A stretch of DNA of 63,919 nt, filler included, from Octopus bimaculoides (taxonomy: Eukaryota), in assembly GCF_001194135.2 (NCBI RefSeq). It is 6 parts of 6 records of this genome, joined end to end, with 100 filler letters (N's around TTAATTAATTAA, not from the genome) between each part and the next. Parts side by side here need not be neighbours in the genome. Positions count along the whole stretch, not along the records: positions 1 to 14,823 come from NC_069007.1; 5 more parts are not named here. One strand, given 5' to 3'. This document shows positions 1 to 13,814 of the stretch, piece after piece. Every line of letters starts with the position of its first letter. The stretch's first letter is position 1. The translations under genes and the position numbers were made by a program. The notes beneath the pieces were generated by a model that searched no databases, had not been told where the DNA came from, and saw only the letters and a program-made list of their open reading frames with translations.

Positions 1-902
1 TATATATATATATTTATTTATTAATTGGCCTTTCTGGTTTTATGTTTGCAGCCCACTAATATTATCATTTCTTATGAATAATAATGTTCTTTTATATTTG
101 TATGTATGTATGTATGTATGTAGAAATTTACAGAAAAACAAAAGACAAAGACAGGTGTATGAAAAACAAGCAAGTGTATTAATTTGACACTCGGGAAAGT
201 GAGCAAGTCTTTTACGTTTCATAGCTTATGCTCTTCAGCAGAAAGGAATAAGAGAAAATAAACAGAGAGAGAATAAAAAAAACATGTGGATTTAGCGATC
301 AAGCATGGCAACTGGTTGGGAAAAAAAGGTTTGACAGAAGAGGTAGAAAGGAGTGGGGATAATAAAGTATTGGTGATCCCAAAACAAAGGTGCACGTGCA
401 TGTGTGTATGTGTAAGTGTGTGTGTGGGGATAGGGGCTAGTGATTTTGACGTGTGTCCATGTGTGTGTGTGTGTGTTTGTGTGCATCTGTAATGTGTGGG
501 TGTGTGGATGATGGTGTGGGTGCTGGGAAGTAGTCAGTGCTAATGTGTGTGGATTGGGGTGGGGTGGGGTGGTGTGAGTACAATATAGATAGTAGATTGA
601 TTAATAAATACACAGTTAATGGATACATACATACATTCATACATATATGCATGTATGTATATTATGTAGGTATATATATATTATGTGTGTGTGTATACAC
701 ATACAGAAGTAAGCAATCAGAAAGGCAAATAAGTAAATAAAAAAAAGAAATGTATGAATAGATGGATGGAGGGAGGGATTGGTGGCTGGCTGGCTTGCTG
801 GCTGGTTGGATAATCACAGGCCTCTCTGTTCCTTTAAAGAAAATCCAAGGTTATAATTTTAATTGAAACATATTTTCATTTTTGATACTCCATACGCAAC
901 AG

Positions 903-939
<37 letters not shown>

Positions 940-1705
940 TACACACAAACATATTCACTCATACACTCACACACTTTATACGCACATACATACACTCACA
1001 CTTTCACACACATATATACACATACACACATGCATGCACACACATGCAAACACACACATATACACATACACTCACACATTTTATACGCACATTCTCACAT
1101 GCAGACACACACACATGTATGCACATATATGCAACCACACACATGTACACATACACACACACTTTATACACATACACACTCTCATACAGAGTGTGTGTAT
1201 GTGTATAAAGAGTTCAGATTATTAGAAAATCATTCCCACCATTAAAAATAAAATATGGTAAGAAAAAAAAGGTTCCAACAAATTTCATTCTTTTGCTAAG
1301 CTGCAATTGAACTGGAAGTGAGAAACGGCAAGGAATGGAATGGTAAATTAAAACATTTCCTTACCAAACACATAAAAATAAAAAACACACAAGACAAATC
1401 TAAGGTAAAGATCATTTGAACTCGTTAAAAATCTAAATGCAGTTATGTATTTTTTTTTTGCATTTCTGTGTTATTTCTCAAAAACATGGCTGAAAGCAAT
1501 GACATGATTAAACAGCTTCGGAAAAAAAAAATTTTCAAAGTATGTAGCTTCAGAGGAAACTGGCACATCTGCACACATGAACTAAATACATACATATTTA
1601 CAAGAGTGTGTGTGTGTGGTGTGTTTTATATACATATATATATATGTATATATATACATACATATATATATAATATATATATATATGTATATACATATAT
1701 ACATG

Positions 1706-1748
<43 letters not shown>

Positions 1749-2069
1749 NNNNNNNNNNNNNNNNNNNNNNNNNNNNNNNNNNNNNNNNNNNNNNNNNNNN
1801 NNNNNNNNNNNNNNNNNNNNNNNNNNNNNNNNNNNNNNNNNNNNNNNNNNNNNNNNNNNNNNNNNNNNNNNNNNNNNNNNNNNNNNNNNNNNNNNNNNNN
1901 NNNNNNNNNNNNNNNNNNNNNNNNNNNNNNNNNNNNNNNNNNNNNNNNNNNNNNNNNNNNNNNNNNNNNNNNNNNNNNNNNNNNNNNNNNNNNNNNNNNN
2001 NNNNNNNNNNNNNNNNNNNNNNNNNNNNNNNNNNNNNNNNNNNNNNNNNNNNNNNNNNNNNNNNNNNNN

Positions 2070-2106
<37 letters not shown>

Positions 2107-2420
2107 TATATGCATGTATATATATTTATATATGTATATATAGTTGAAATTTACAGAAAAACAAAAGACGAAGACAGGCGTATAAACAACAAGCCATTGT
2201 ATTAGTTTGACACTCAGGGGTGAAAGTCTTACTTTTCGAGTCTACGCTCTTCAACAGAAAGGAACATACATATATACATACACACGTATGTATGTATGTA
2301 TACATATATGTATGTGGTGCTTTGACATCTATTGTCCCTTTGGACCATTAGTGTAGGAACAAACAATGGTTGGTGTGGTTAATTTGATGAGAAAAGGTTT
2401 GAGTTTGTGAAACTGCATGC

Positions 2421-2775
2421 CTAATCCAAAGAGGGTGGTGTTCTCCAATTTGATAATAGAAACTTATCAAGATGCTTGCATTTTGTGGAAATCTCAGACT
2501 TAAAATTCAGTACGTTAGTGGAGTTCTTAGATTCAAAAAGGATATGAGTTCTTTCAACAATACAAAGCTTGCACCTCATTGATCCATTAATGTGTGGCAT
2601 AATTTCCTCAATGATGCTCTGCTTGATGTGCAGGGTATTTTTGACCTTCAGCTCCCAAAAGTAGGTAACTAGTTAAGTGTTTTTCTTCTTGTCAATGTTC
2701 TCCATGCTATGCAAACTCATCCAACTAATATACTATTGGAGTATGAAACTTATAATGGCTCACATTTAATTCCTG
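2421..2775 (-). mobile_element. Penelope-like retroelement relic (GIY-YIG endonuclease C-terminal part)
   Basis: Minus translation YFWELKVKNTLHIKQSIIEEIMPHINGSMRCKLCIVERTHILFESKNSTNVLNFKSEISTKCKHLDKFLLSNW resembles the PLE endonuclease tail (YIWxLK...RCxLCxxEK...LNxRSE...CRH). Upstream part carries stops. Confidence 0.75.
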
Positions 2776-4156
2776 TGTTTATTAAAATGATACGTATCCA
2801 TATATATATANNNNNNNNNNNNNNNNNNNNNNNNNNNNNNNNNNNNNNNNNNNNNNNNNNNNNNNNNNNNNNNNNNNNNNNNNNNNNNNNNNNNNNNNNN
2901 NNNNNNNNNNNNNNNNNNNNNNNNNNNNNNNNNNNNNNNNNNNNNNNNNNNNNNNNNNNNNNNNNNNNNNNNNNNNNNNNNNNNNNNNNNNNNNNNNNNN
3001 NNNNNNNNNNNNNNNNNNNNNNNNNNNNNNNNNNNNNNNNNNNNNNNNNNNNNNNNNNNNNNNNNNNNNNNNNNNNNNNNNNNNNNNNNNNNNNNNNNNN
3101 NNNNNNNNNNNNNNNNNNNNNNNNNNNNNNNNNNNNNNNNNNNNNNNNNNNNNNNNNNNNNNNNNNNNNNNNNNNTATCATCACTGTTTAACATCTACCT
3201 TCCATGCCGTCATGGGTTGGACAGTTTGACAGGAGCTGGCCAGGCAGAAGACTGCACCAGACTTCTGTGTCTGTTTTGGCATGTTTTTTTTTGTGTGTTT
3301 GTTCCCCACCACAACTTCACAACCAGTGTTGGTGTGTTTACATCCCCATAACTTAGCAGTTCAGCAGAAGTGACCAATAGAATAAATATCTGGCTTTAAA
3401 AAAAATAAGTACTGGGGTTGTTTCATTCAAAAGATTGGTAAAAGATTAAAAGATTAGATGGATTAATGTTTGTAGAATTTGGATAATTTGCAAGAAATAA
3501 GTAGATAATAGAAGTAGACACATTAATTTACTGATCTTCGTGTTTAGAACATTAATTTCACTTATTGTCTTTCTGTATTTAATATCATTCTGTTTGATGG
3601 ATGGCACAGATATTGTCTTTTATTCCAGAGTCATGCCAGTAGCCAATTTGTTGGTTATTGGGTTGGAATGTTTCATGTTGTTCAGTTTTCCTGTTGTTAC
3701 ATACACATACATTCACACATATATCCATACAACACCTATATACATGTATGTACATATCTGTATAAACATAGAAGTACACATACGTTGGGAATATTTTTTG
3801 TGCAATGTCTTTTTCTGTCTCTTTTTCTCTCCCTTTTGCCATCCTCTCCCCCCTACTCTCTCTCTCTCTCTCTCTCCCTCTACAATTTCCCCATGTTGCT
3901 ATCTGTCTCTCTATTTTGTCTTCCTCTCTCTCTTCTCCTTCCTTCTCTGTTGCTCTCCATCTCTCTCTGCCCTCTACCACATAACCCATGGATTGAACTC
4001 AAAACCTCTAGGTAACTGCACAGCATTAACCAGTGCCTGTATTCACCACCGCTATGCCTGCAGGCAGAGTCAGAGTCAATTGTTTTGTAAGGCTTACAAA
4101 GCTCCCTGAGTCTTATGTCAGCTCTGAATCAATTTGAAATATAGAAATGTAAAATT

Positions 4157-4258
<102 letters not shown>

Positions 4259-5347
4259 ATCCAATATGGAGCTGGAAAGCTCATAGTTCAATTCACAGTG
4301 ATTTGATGGGGAGAGTGAGGTGATGTGTGGAACATACATTTAATCACTATAAGCAAATCATTTGTGCAGGGCACTCAGCAAAAGCTGAACGCTCATATGT
4401 TGTCTTCAATGGAAGAGTCCATTGTTATATACAAAGATTACAGAGGTGGTTCAAATCCATAATGCATCTTCGTTAGTTTGGTCTGAAAATTTTACAAATT
4501 ATCAGATTAATTATTTTGTTGATTCTAGAATATTCTTTAATCATTATTACTTCACATTCATATTTTATCAACTTTGTTAATTCTCTTTTAAATCATCCTT
4601 CTTTCGTGTCCTACCAAGGGTCAACTTTTCCTTTCTCCAAGGTTCCCAAAAAAATGAAAGTAAAAAAAATAAAAACAAAAGTACCTGTCATGAACTGGGG
4701 ATTAATGTAATCAACCATTCATTAACCCAACTCATCTTGGAACCCTTTCTTTTATTTCGAAAGAAATCTGTTATGGAAGTGCAATATGGTAATGAAGAAG
4801 ATGTAAGCAATCGCTGTTTACAGAGTGGTTACTTGACCCCTGGAAGGGGATCCCCATCATTTACATGTGAGAAGACTATGAAATGGATTAGCCATGGAAT
4901 AACAACAACAACCATAACAATAGCAACAACAATTTGGACCGTTTATAAATTATGTATGAGGACAGTTGATTGACTGACAAAGTTTATAGTTGAAGTAGAA
5001 CTGATATGAAGCGGGTGGATGGATGGATGGATGGTGGGGATTGTTGCTGAGAGCTAGCAGTGAGAGTAGAGACATACAGGTTTTATTAAAATAAATAGAA
5101 TACAAGTGTGAGGTATTATAAGATATATCAAATTATCATATCAATATACACGTGTGCACACGCATGTGTGTGTGCGTCTAACCAATTTAAAGAGACGACA
5201 TTGTGATACTATGCATATGTACACATACTGTGTATGCATGTATAAGTGTATGTGTATGCAGCTGGATGTGTGTGTGCAATTGAATACTTCTGTTTGTGTA
5301 GCTGTATTTATATGTAGATGTGTGTGTGTGTATGTTTGTATGTGTAT

Positions 5348-5396
<49 letters not shown>

Positions 5397-5826
5397 TACG
5401 TACTTATATACACATATATAGACATAAATATATATATATATATATATATATANNNNNNNNNNNNNNNNNNNNNNNNNNNNNNNNNNNNNNNNNNNNNNNN
5501 NNNNNNNNNNNNNNNNNNNNNNNNNNNNNNNNNNNNNNNNNNNNNNNNNNNNNNNNNNNNNNNNNNNNNNNNNNNNNNNNNNNNNNNNNNNNNNNNNNNN
5601 NNNNNNNNNNNNNNNNNNNNNNNNNNNNNNNNNNNNNNNNNNNNNNNNNNNNNNNNNNNNNNNNNNNNNNNNNNNNNNNNNNNNNNNNNNNNNNNNNNNN
5701 NNNNNNNNNNNNNNNNNNNNNNNNNNNNNNNNNNNNNNNNNNNNNNNNNNNNNNNNNNNNNNNNNNNNNNNNNNNNNNNNNNNNNNNNNNNNNNNNNNNN
5801 NNNNNNNNNNNNNNNNNNNNNNNNNN

Positions 5827-5875
<49 letters not shown>

Positions 5876-6004
5876 TGAATAATTATATGTAGATGGATAC
5901 AAGTACTTTCACACAGTTTTATGAATACGTATGTGTATATGTATGTATGTTGTGATCATGTTGTATGCAATATACAACATAATCAGACATGTCACTATGT
6001 GAGA

Positions 6005-6091
<87 letters not shown>

Positions 6092-6604
6092 CACACACAC
6101 ATATATGTGTGTGTGTGTGTGTGTATATACATACATAAATGCATGCATACACACACACACACACACACACATACACACACACATGTATGTATGTATATGT
6201 ATGTATACTTGAGTATCCAGGTGCAGGCATGGTCGCATGGCTTCAAGTTCAGTCCCATTGTGTTGCACCTTGGGCAAATGTCTGAGCCTGCCAAAACCTT
6301 GTGAGTGGATTTTGAAATTAGAAACTGAAAGAAATCCTTAGTATGTGTGTGTATATGGATAGATGCATGCATGCATAGATACATACATACTTGTATGTAT
6401 GTATATATATATATCTTCTATCTTTTACTTATTTCAGTCATGAGACTGCGACCATGCTGGGGCACCACCTTGAAGAATTTTTAGTCAAATGTATCAACCC
6501 CGGTACTTACTTTTTTATAAGCCTGGTACTTATCCTTTCGGTCTCTTTTGCCAGACCACCCTCTATAATCAAAGAGAAAGAATTGGCAAAGTCAATATTC
6601 ACAA

Positions 6605-6678
6605 TAGCCAAATGCCTTGTCATCTAATTAGTGACGCACATGAATAGATCAACGAGATTCCCACTGTCCCTATCTACT
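6605..6678 (+). rRNA. Isolated 74-bp 28S rRNA-derived fragment (non-functional dispersed copy)
   Basis: TAGCCAAATGCCTTGTCATCTAATTAGTGACGCACATGAATAGATCAACGAGATTCCCACTGTCCCTATCTACT matches the conserved LSU rRNA segment that follows ...CTTAAGG, with a few substitutions (two at CpG sites). Flanks are not rDNA. Confidence 0.9.
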
Positions 6679-7130
6679 GCCCTGCTGATGTGAATGTCTC
6701 TTCCAAAATCAAAGGTAAAGAGGATAACTCTGGACAACTGCTCTGAAATCTCCTGCTGCTATATTCAGATTATAAATTCATATATATGTTTGTTTGTTTG
6801 TAAATGCCTTAGTAAAAATTTGTATACATTAGGGTTTTAGGAAAAGAAATCAACCAGCTAACTCGCACATTAAATACAATCTGTAAGAGGAACAGAAGCA
6901 ATATGCAAGTCTTTTATCAAGTTTAAAATTTGCTTTTGCTCTCTGTGTTCCAACAATGGAGCTTTGTATCATTGTTAGAAACTACTTCTTTCCTTACAAG
7001 AAGATTTCAAATAATTAAGAATAGGACAAATATACATGTAAGTGATATATGCCTCTAAGCACTGACTCCACATTGAGTCAGTGAATGTGAAAAAGCTCAG
7101 AAGAAGTGAGTATAAATGTATTTATTTTTT

Positions 7131-7168
<38 letters not shown>

Positions 7169-7187
7169 TATATACATACATGCATAC

Positions 7188-7254
<67 letters not shown>

Positions 7255-10200
7255 CACACATAAACCTACGTATATTTTAAAGCTCATAGGAAGTAAATAT
7301 ATATATAAGTATATAAATATATTTATTCACTGCATTCTAAACTTGATGCAGATTTTAAAGAACAGAAATATTATCCTAACAAAACAACAACACTCTCTGC
7401 TAAAACAGCTCTAAAATGTTCATTCATGTACATCTATCATGTGCATACAAACATGCACACGTGCACACACACACACATACATGAATAATTATATGTAGAT
7501 GGATACAAGTACTTTCACACAGTTTTATGAATACGTATGTGTATATGTATGTATGTTGTATGTATGCATGGATGTATGTATATATATAGATATATGTGTA
7601 TATATACATATACATATATATATTATATGCATTATATTTGATTATTTATATATTTTGTGTGTGTGTGTATTTGTATACAAGCATATATATAATGGGAGGG
7701 AGAAATATAGATATGTACCCATACAATTTTTGTAAACATTTATATGCATATATACATACATGTAAACACAGACACTCACACGCATGCATATAATATAATA
7801 TTTAGTAGAAGATGAAGACAGAGAGGTAGAAAGAGAGAGAAATATACTCCCCCCACATACACACAGACACACACACACATAATTCATATTTTGATTATAT
7901 ATATGTGTGTATATATATATATATATAACATTTGGAGATATATGTATATATACATAGATATAAAGACCTTCATACACATATAGTTCTCCTTGTTTTCCCC
8001 TCCCGTTCTTCCAGTTCTCTTGGGTGTGTTAGTTCCCCAACTGGAATAAATTGGCAGCAACAGAGAATGATTATTTCCAATTCTCTTTTCTGCCATTATT
8101 GTCTTGTCAAAAAACATTATCAGCAGAATGGATATTTTATTCTGCCGCCATTGCTTGCCATTCCTGGGGAATATTCTACAAAAGACTGATTATACAATAC
8201 AAATATGAAGTAGGGAAGTTGCAGAGAAATATATTGCATAAATTTGTAAATTTTTTATTTATTTCAAAGAAAAAAAAAATCACCAAAAGTAGAATTCCTG
8301 CATTTTTTTTTTTTACTGATTTTGCTGTTCTGTGCAGTGTCAGGCATTGTCCTTTTGAAAAGATAAACTAGTGAGTCTTATATAAATATGTTGATATTTA
8401 GACAATGTGCATGTAAATATATAAAGCTTCACTTGTTAGTGAACCTACCATGGTACTTATTAATATGTGTCATGCCTTTGGGAATTGCAACAGAAGGATA
8501 GGTATGGACACATGTTTCTAACTTTACAGACATCATCAGACAACAGTTGTCCTATATGGAACACAGAAGAGGAGATACTTAGACATATACAAAAAGTGTA
8601 GAATACAATTATAACCTAAGGTAATTTTGTATAAGTTGAATGAAAATGAGCTAAGAGATATAACTCATAGTAGCCATATATGTATGGCACCTTGGGTAAG
8701 TGTTTTCCACTATAGCCTCAGGCCGACCAAAGCTTTGTGAGTGGATTTGGTAGACAGGAGCCTGTGGTATATATAAAAATGTATATATTTATGGGTGTGT
8801 CTATGTGTCTGTGTTTGTCCCCCACCAACCATCGCTTGACAACTAACGTTGGTGTGTTTACATCCCCATAATTTAGCGGTTTGGCAAAAGGGACCAATAG
8901 AATAAATACTAGGATTACAAAGAATAAATCTTGGGGTCAATTTCTTCAACTAAAAATTAAAACCCTTCAAGGCAGTGCTCCAGTATGGCTGCAGTCCAAT
9001 GACTGAAACAAGTAAAAGAATAAAAGAATATATACATATACATGTGTGTGTGTGTGTGTGTGTGTGTATTATAATGAAAACCACAGGTCTTGTGAAATAG
9101 AGCTACCCAAGATTTTGCAGCTGAAACATTAATTTCTTTTGCTGTTTTTTTCAAGTTTGAAACAAGACTGTTTGTCAGTTGGTTTTAAAGCAGATGACAT
9201 CAACTTACTACAACAATCTCTGGCAAAGGAAGGACAATTTGATATAGAAGTAAGGGTTGAATGGAACAAAAAAAAGGAAGAAATAAAATGAATGAAGGAA
9301 GGAAGGAAGAGAAAGAAAGAGAGAGAGAAAAAGAAAAAGAGGGAGAAAGAAAAGGGTTGTAAGAATACAGGCACAGAATAAATTGGTGCATGCCAAAGTA
9401 ATCAGGTTAAGATAACATCGGGTTATCTATAATTACATCAAAATTAAATTAGATACAATAGTTTAAGGATTAAATTAGATACATTAGTTAAGAAATGAAT
9501 GATTGGTTGGTTACACAAGAAATAATTCAAGTGGGATGTGAGAAAATTAATAGAGTAAAAATTCTACTGTTGCCATTAGCTGAATCAAGTTAGCTATGTG
9601 GAATTTTTATGTAAAAATTTTTAAAGTTTTATTAAATATGTGGAAGCAGTGGATCAATAATGTATTATGTTAATTAATTAAATTAGACCATACATTTGAG
9701 AATTTCCAATGCCTCTAATGAGAACAAATTACAGTTACCTCCACTCCTATGTACAGAAATGTACTACCATGAAATTTGGTAGTTGATCTTTTTCTCCTTG
9801 ATTTCTCAGATGTACTTAGCCAGTGAGGTTCTTTTCTTTTGTATTTAGAGGAACGAATACATGATAATGGACTTTACTACATGTTTTAACAGAACAGTTT
9901 ATATATTAAATTCTTCTTCAGACATTGGTTATTATGAGGGCATTTATCATGATACCCCCAGTTTCACATTCTATTAAGTTTGTTATCATAACATACCTTA
10001 TTTATGTTATTTGTGTTAATGTCATTGCTATGACGAGATAGCACATAATTGTTATCATTAATTAATATTAGACAGAAATATATTACTTGTAGCTAACCTA
10101 AACTGGTATTTACTGCCTGAATAATTAAAAGTACATTTGTTGTTACCAATAGTATTTAATTTCTTACTGTTAATTTCCACTATATTACCCACAAGATTAG

Positions 10201-11994
10201 GCATAGCAAAATATGCAAACTCCAGGGTATGTCAATTGAATATCTTACTACACCTGAAGGAAAATGCTTATCCAATATCCAAAGCTACCTGAATTACTTA
10301 AGGAGTGTCAAACCATGGGAGATTTCTGCATAATTTAGTTCTATTGGCTTTGTTGCCATTATTTACATCAGTTTGGTTGGTTATTGATTTTCTTACAGTT
10401 ATACAATGTGTAATGAATATTCTCAGGGTTAAATCTGTTATTATTATGTTTAGTCTGTTTACTCATGCCTAATTGAATTCCAGTTTCCAAATTTTCTAAA
10501 TATGTGCCATCAATATCATGGAAAATACTGGAGTTTTTCAGGCAATTTGCTTCCTTAACTAAAAGGGGGTTTCAAGTCTTACTCACTATGTAGACAGTAA
10601 TTTCTTTGTTTATTATACCACTATAGTAGAAGGCTATAGTAGAAGACACTTGCCCAAGGTGCCATGCAGTGGGACTGAACTCAGAACCATGTAGTTGAGA
10701 AGCAAACTTCTTACCACACAGCCATACCTGTACCTACATATACTATATATATTTATATATACACACACACACACATATATGTATTTGTGTGTGTGTGTGT
10801 GCATGTGTGCGTGTGCGCACACTGCAAGAGGTGAAAATTATTGATCTTAAAACTAAACTAAATTAGAACTACCAAAACAAAGTTACCGTAATTGTCTGTT
10901 AATGCTAGCTAAACATGTACAGAAATATTCCATTCTGTTTGGCAAAACCATTTATATTTAGATTTGAACAAAACTCTTAATAACACCTCAACTTCATTAA
11001 TGACTTCTGAATGTCCTCCAGGAATTACTTTGGTTTGTATTACTGCTTCTGTTTCTATAATCAAATTCTTTGATAACAGGTTCTTCACATCTCTAACAGC
11101 AGTTAGAGTAAGCTCTGTTTCATGAAACAATAAAAGAAGCTTCTATATGGTTACTTGACCTTTTAGAAATAAGCACCAGGTTCTCCCTACTCATAACTTA
11201 TGTGCTGCCTTAAAAATATAATGAAAGACTGCAGTGGACAATGTAAGTTTAAATTTGTGGTTCCCGACCCTTTTTCAACCTATGGACCCCTTTCATTCCT
11301 GTTTTACTCAAATGGACCCCCATAGCCATTCAATGTTTTAAAAAATCCTATTATATTTTTATAATTAGATATCATTAAGGACTAGCTGAAAAGACGAACT
11401 CTGTGCAGACTTTTAAGCTCGTGCCTAAGGAGGGTTCATTGGGTTTGTGGCCCCAGACTATAGAGAAGTAAATAGCATGACTCTAATACGTCTATAATGA
11501 CTACATGCCCCGGTGGTGTTTGATCAGAAGTTAAGGACAGATGGGAATGAATTCTGTAATGTAATCAGTCTATTGTTCTAGTCCCAAGCTGAATTCCAAC
11601 TGTTGGCCAATTTGTCCCAAAGTCCTTATCTCGACATAAAATCAACAAGCTGGTGTTGGTTTGTTTATGTCCCCATAACTTCATAACTGAGCGGTTTGGC
11701 AAAAGACTTTGATAGAAAACATGCCAGAATTTAAAAAAATAAGTACCGTCCAACTGAAATTCTTCAAGGCGGTGCCCCCACCATGGCCACAGACCAATAT
11801 CTGGAACAAGAAAACGATAAAAGACATCCCCAAAAATGTTTGGGTGGTGGAGGAGGTTGTTGCGGTGGAATTAGCAAAAAAGAAATAAACAGAAATAAAG
11901 AAATCTACAGCTGGACATGAGGACAGAAATAAACGTAGAAGTTAATTCCGGTGTTCAGCCTTTCGTTGGTTCATGTATTAAACACACTCTGTGA

Positions 11995-12044
<50 letters not shown>

Positions 12045-12313
12045 GTGTGGAAATACCCATTTGCGTATGCATTGCTATTTGCCTGCTTGTGCCATCCTAA
12101 TTAAATCTTAGTGAAGCACCAGTGTATTTTGCTAACTCAATTTACAAACAAATTCTTCTAAATCCATAATTTACAAACCTGTGTTTAATTAAATGTATTT
12201 CTTCTTTTTCTTCTTCTTCTTCTTCTTAACGACCACAGTACACCAAGACACCTACAGTTATCTCCCTTACATCGATTATTAATTTTTTTTTTTTTCTTTT
12301 TGAATTGTTTCAT

Positions 12314-12368
12314 AACCCTTCGAGTGCTCCAAACGTCAAGAAATGACGTTTGGAGCACTCGAATAGTT
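12314..12368. repeat. Perfect 20-bp hairpin, possibly a collapsed piggyBac-type MITE
   Basis: TTCGAGTGCTCCAAACGTCA (12319-12338), loop AGAAA, TGACGTTTGGAGCACTCGAA (12344-12363). The left end reads TAACCCTT, similar to TTAA|CCC piggyBac termini. Confidence 0.55.
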
Positions 12369-13147
12369 TTACCAAATATTTTCCAGCCATCTCCTTGTCT
12401 TAGAGTTTCGGTAGTGGCGCAGGTAGAGTATGTGCCACCCGGAGCAGCGCTTGTGTTTTCCATACACAACCCCGCCCCTTCCGCTCCTATACAAGCTTAT
12501 ACAGCAGACCCAACATTTCCGCCCCTATAAAAAGCAGCACACGGAACAGACGATCCCAATTGATCCTTTTTANNNNNNNNNNNNNNNNNNNNNNNNNNNN
12601 NNNNNNNNNNNNNNNNNNNNNNNNNNNNNNNNNNNNNNNNNNNNNNNNNNNNNNNNNNNNNNNNNNNNNNNNNNNNNNNNNNNNNNNNNNNNNNNNNNNN
12701 NNNNNNNNNNNNNNNNNNNNNNNNNNNNNNNNNNNNNNNNNNNNNNNNNNNNNNNNNNNNNNNNNNNNNNNNNNNNNNNNNNNNNNNNNNNNNNNNNNNN
12801 NNNNNNNNNNNNNNNNNNNNNNNNNNNNNNNNNNNNNNNNNNNNNNNNNNNNNNNNNNNNNNNNNNNNNNNNNNNNNNNNNNNNNNNNNNNNNNNNNNNN
12901 NNNNNNNNNNNNNNNNNNNNNNNNNNNNNNNNNNNNNNNNNNNNNNNNNNNNNNNNNNNNNNNNNNNNNNNNNNNNNNNNNNNNNNNNNNNNNNNNNNNN
13001 NNNNNNNNNNNNNNNNNNNNNNNNNNNNNNNNNNNNNNNNNNNNNNNNNNNNNNNNNNNNNNNNNNNNNNNNNNNNNNNNNNNNNNNNNNNNNNNNNNNN
13101 NNNNNNNNNNNNNNNNNNNNNNNNNNNNNNNNNNNNNNNNNNNNNNN

Positions 13148-13800
13148 CCCAAAATGGTCTGAAGTATACCGTTAGGTACGTTTGCAAATCCTGATGCCAG
13201 ATTCCAACACATTCATATTTAGCCCATTACCTCCAGTGGAAGGTAATATTTGTTTGTTAACAGGCATAGATCGTTTTTCGCGAATGGCCAGAAGCTTATC
13301 CAATCAAAGACATATCTGCAGTAACTATAGCAAGAACTTTATTTACCAATTGGATGTCTAGATTCGGCGGCATACCCAACACCTTGACGACAGATCGTGG
13401 AAGACAATTTGAGTCTAGACTTTTCGCAGAATTCAACAAATTGTTGGGAATTCATAGAATTTGTACAACTTCCTATCATCCACAATCTAACGGCAAGATA
13501 AAAAGGTTTCGGAGGCAGTTGAAGTCTTCATTAAAAACTTGTTCTGATTCTAACAGTTGGTTAGAAGCTTTAACCAGTGACATTGTTAAGAATCAGGAAT
13601 GCTGCTAAAGAAAGTTTGCTGAACATTTGTAGGGAACAACATGAACTCTTCCTGGTCAAATGTTTGAAAAAACCAATTCTTTTAATGAAGATATTAACAA
13701 TTATGTAACCCGGCCCAAGAGATTTCTGTCTGATGTTCCTTCTTTTTACAAGTAAATTACAAAATATTAAAAGTTTCGTTCCTTCTGAAATTTTATTCAC
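13148..13800 (+). mobile_element. Ty3/Gypsy LTR retrotransposon integrase relic
   Basis: Across frameshifts: PDARFQHIH...[67 protein letters not shown]...[23 protein letters not shown], the rve integrase core. A TATAAAA-containing GC-richer block at about 12400-12572 may be its LTR. Confidence 0.9.
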
Positions 13801-13814
13801 AGCAGCACAAGGAC

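Noticed and set aside
555-572. (GGGGT)n G-quadruplex-like run
   Set aside because: A short low-complexity tract in microsatellite-rich DNA with no functional context.
8529-8620. Good plus-strand acceptor/donor pair
   Set aside because: Stops in all three frames; no support beyond splice-like motifs.
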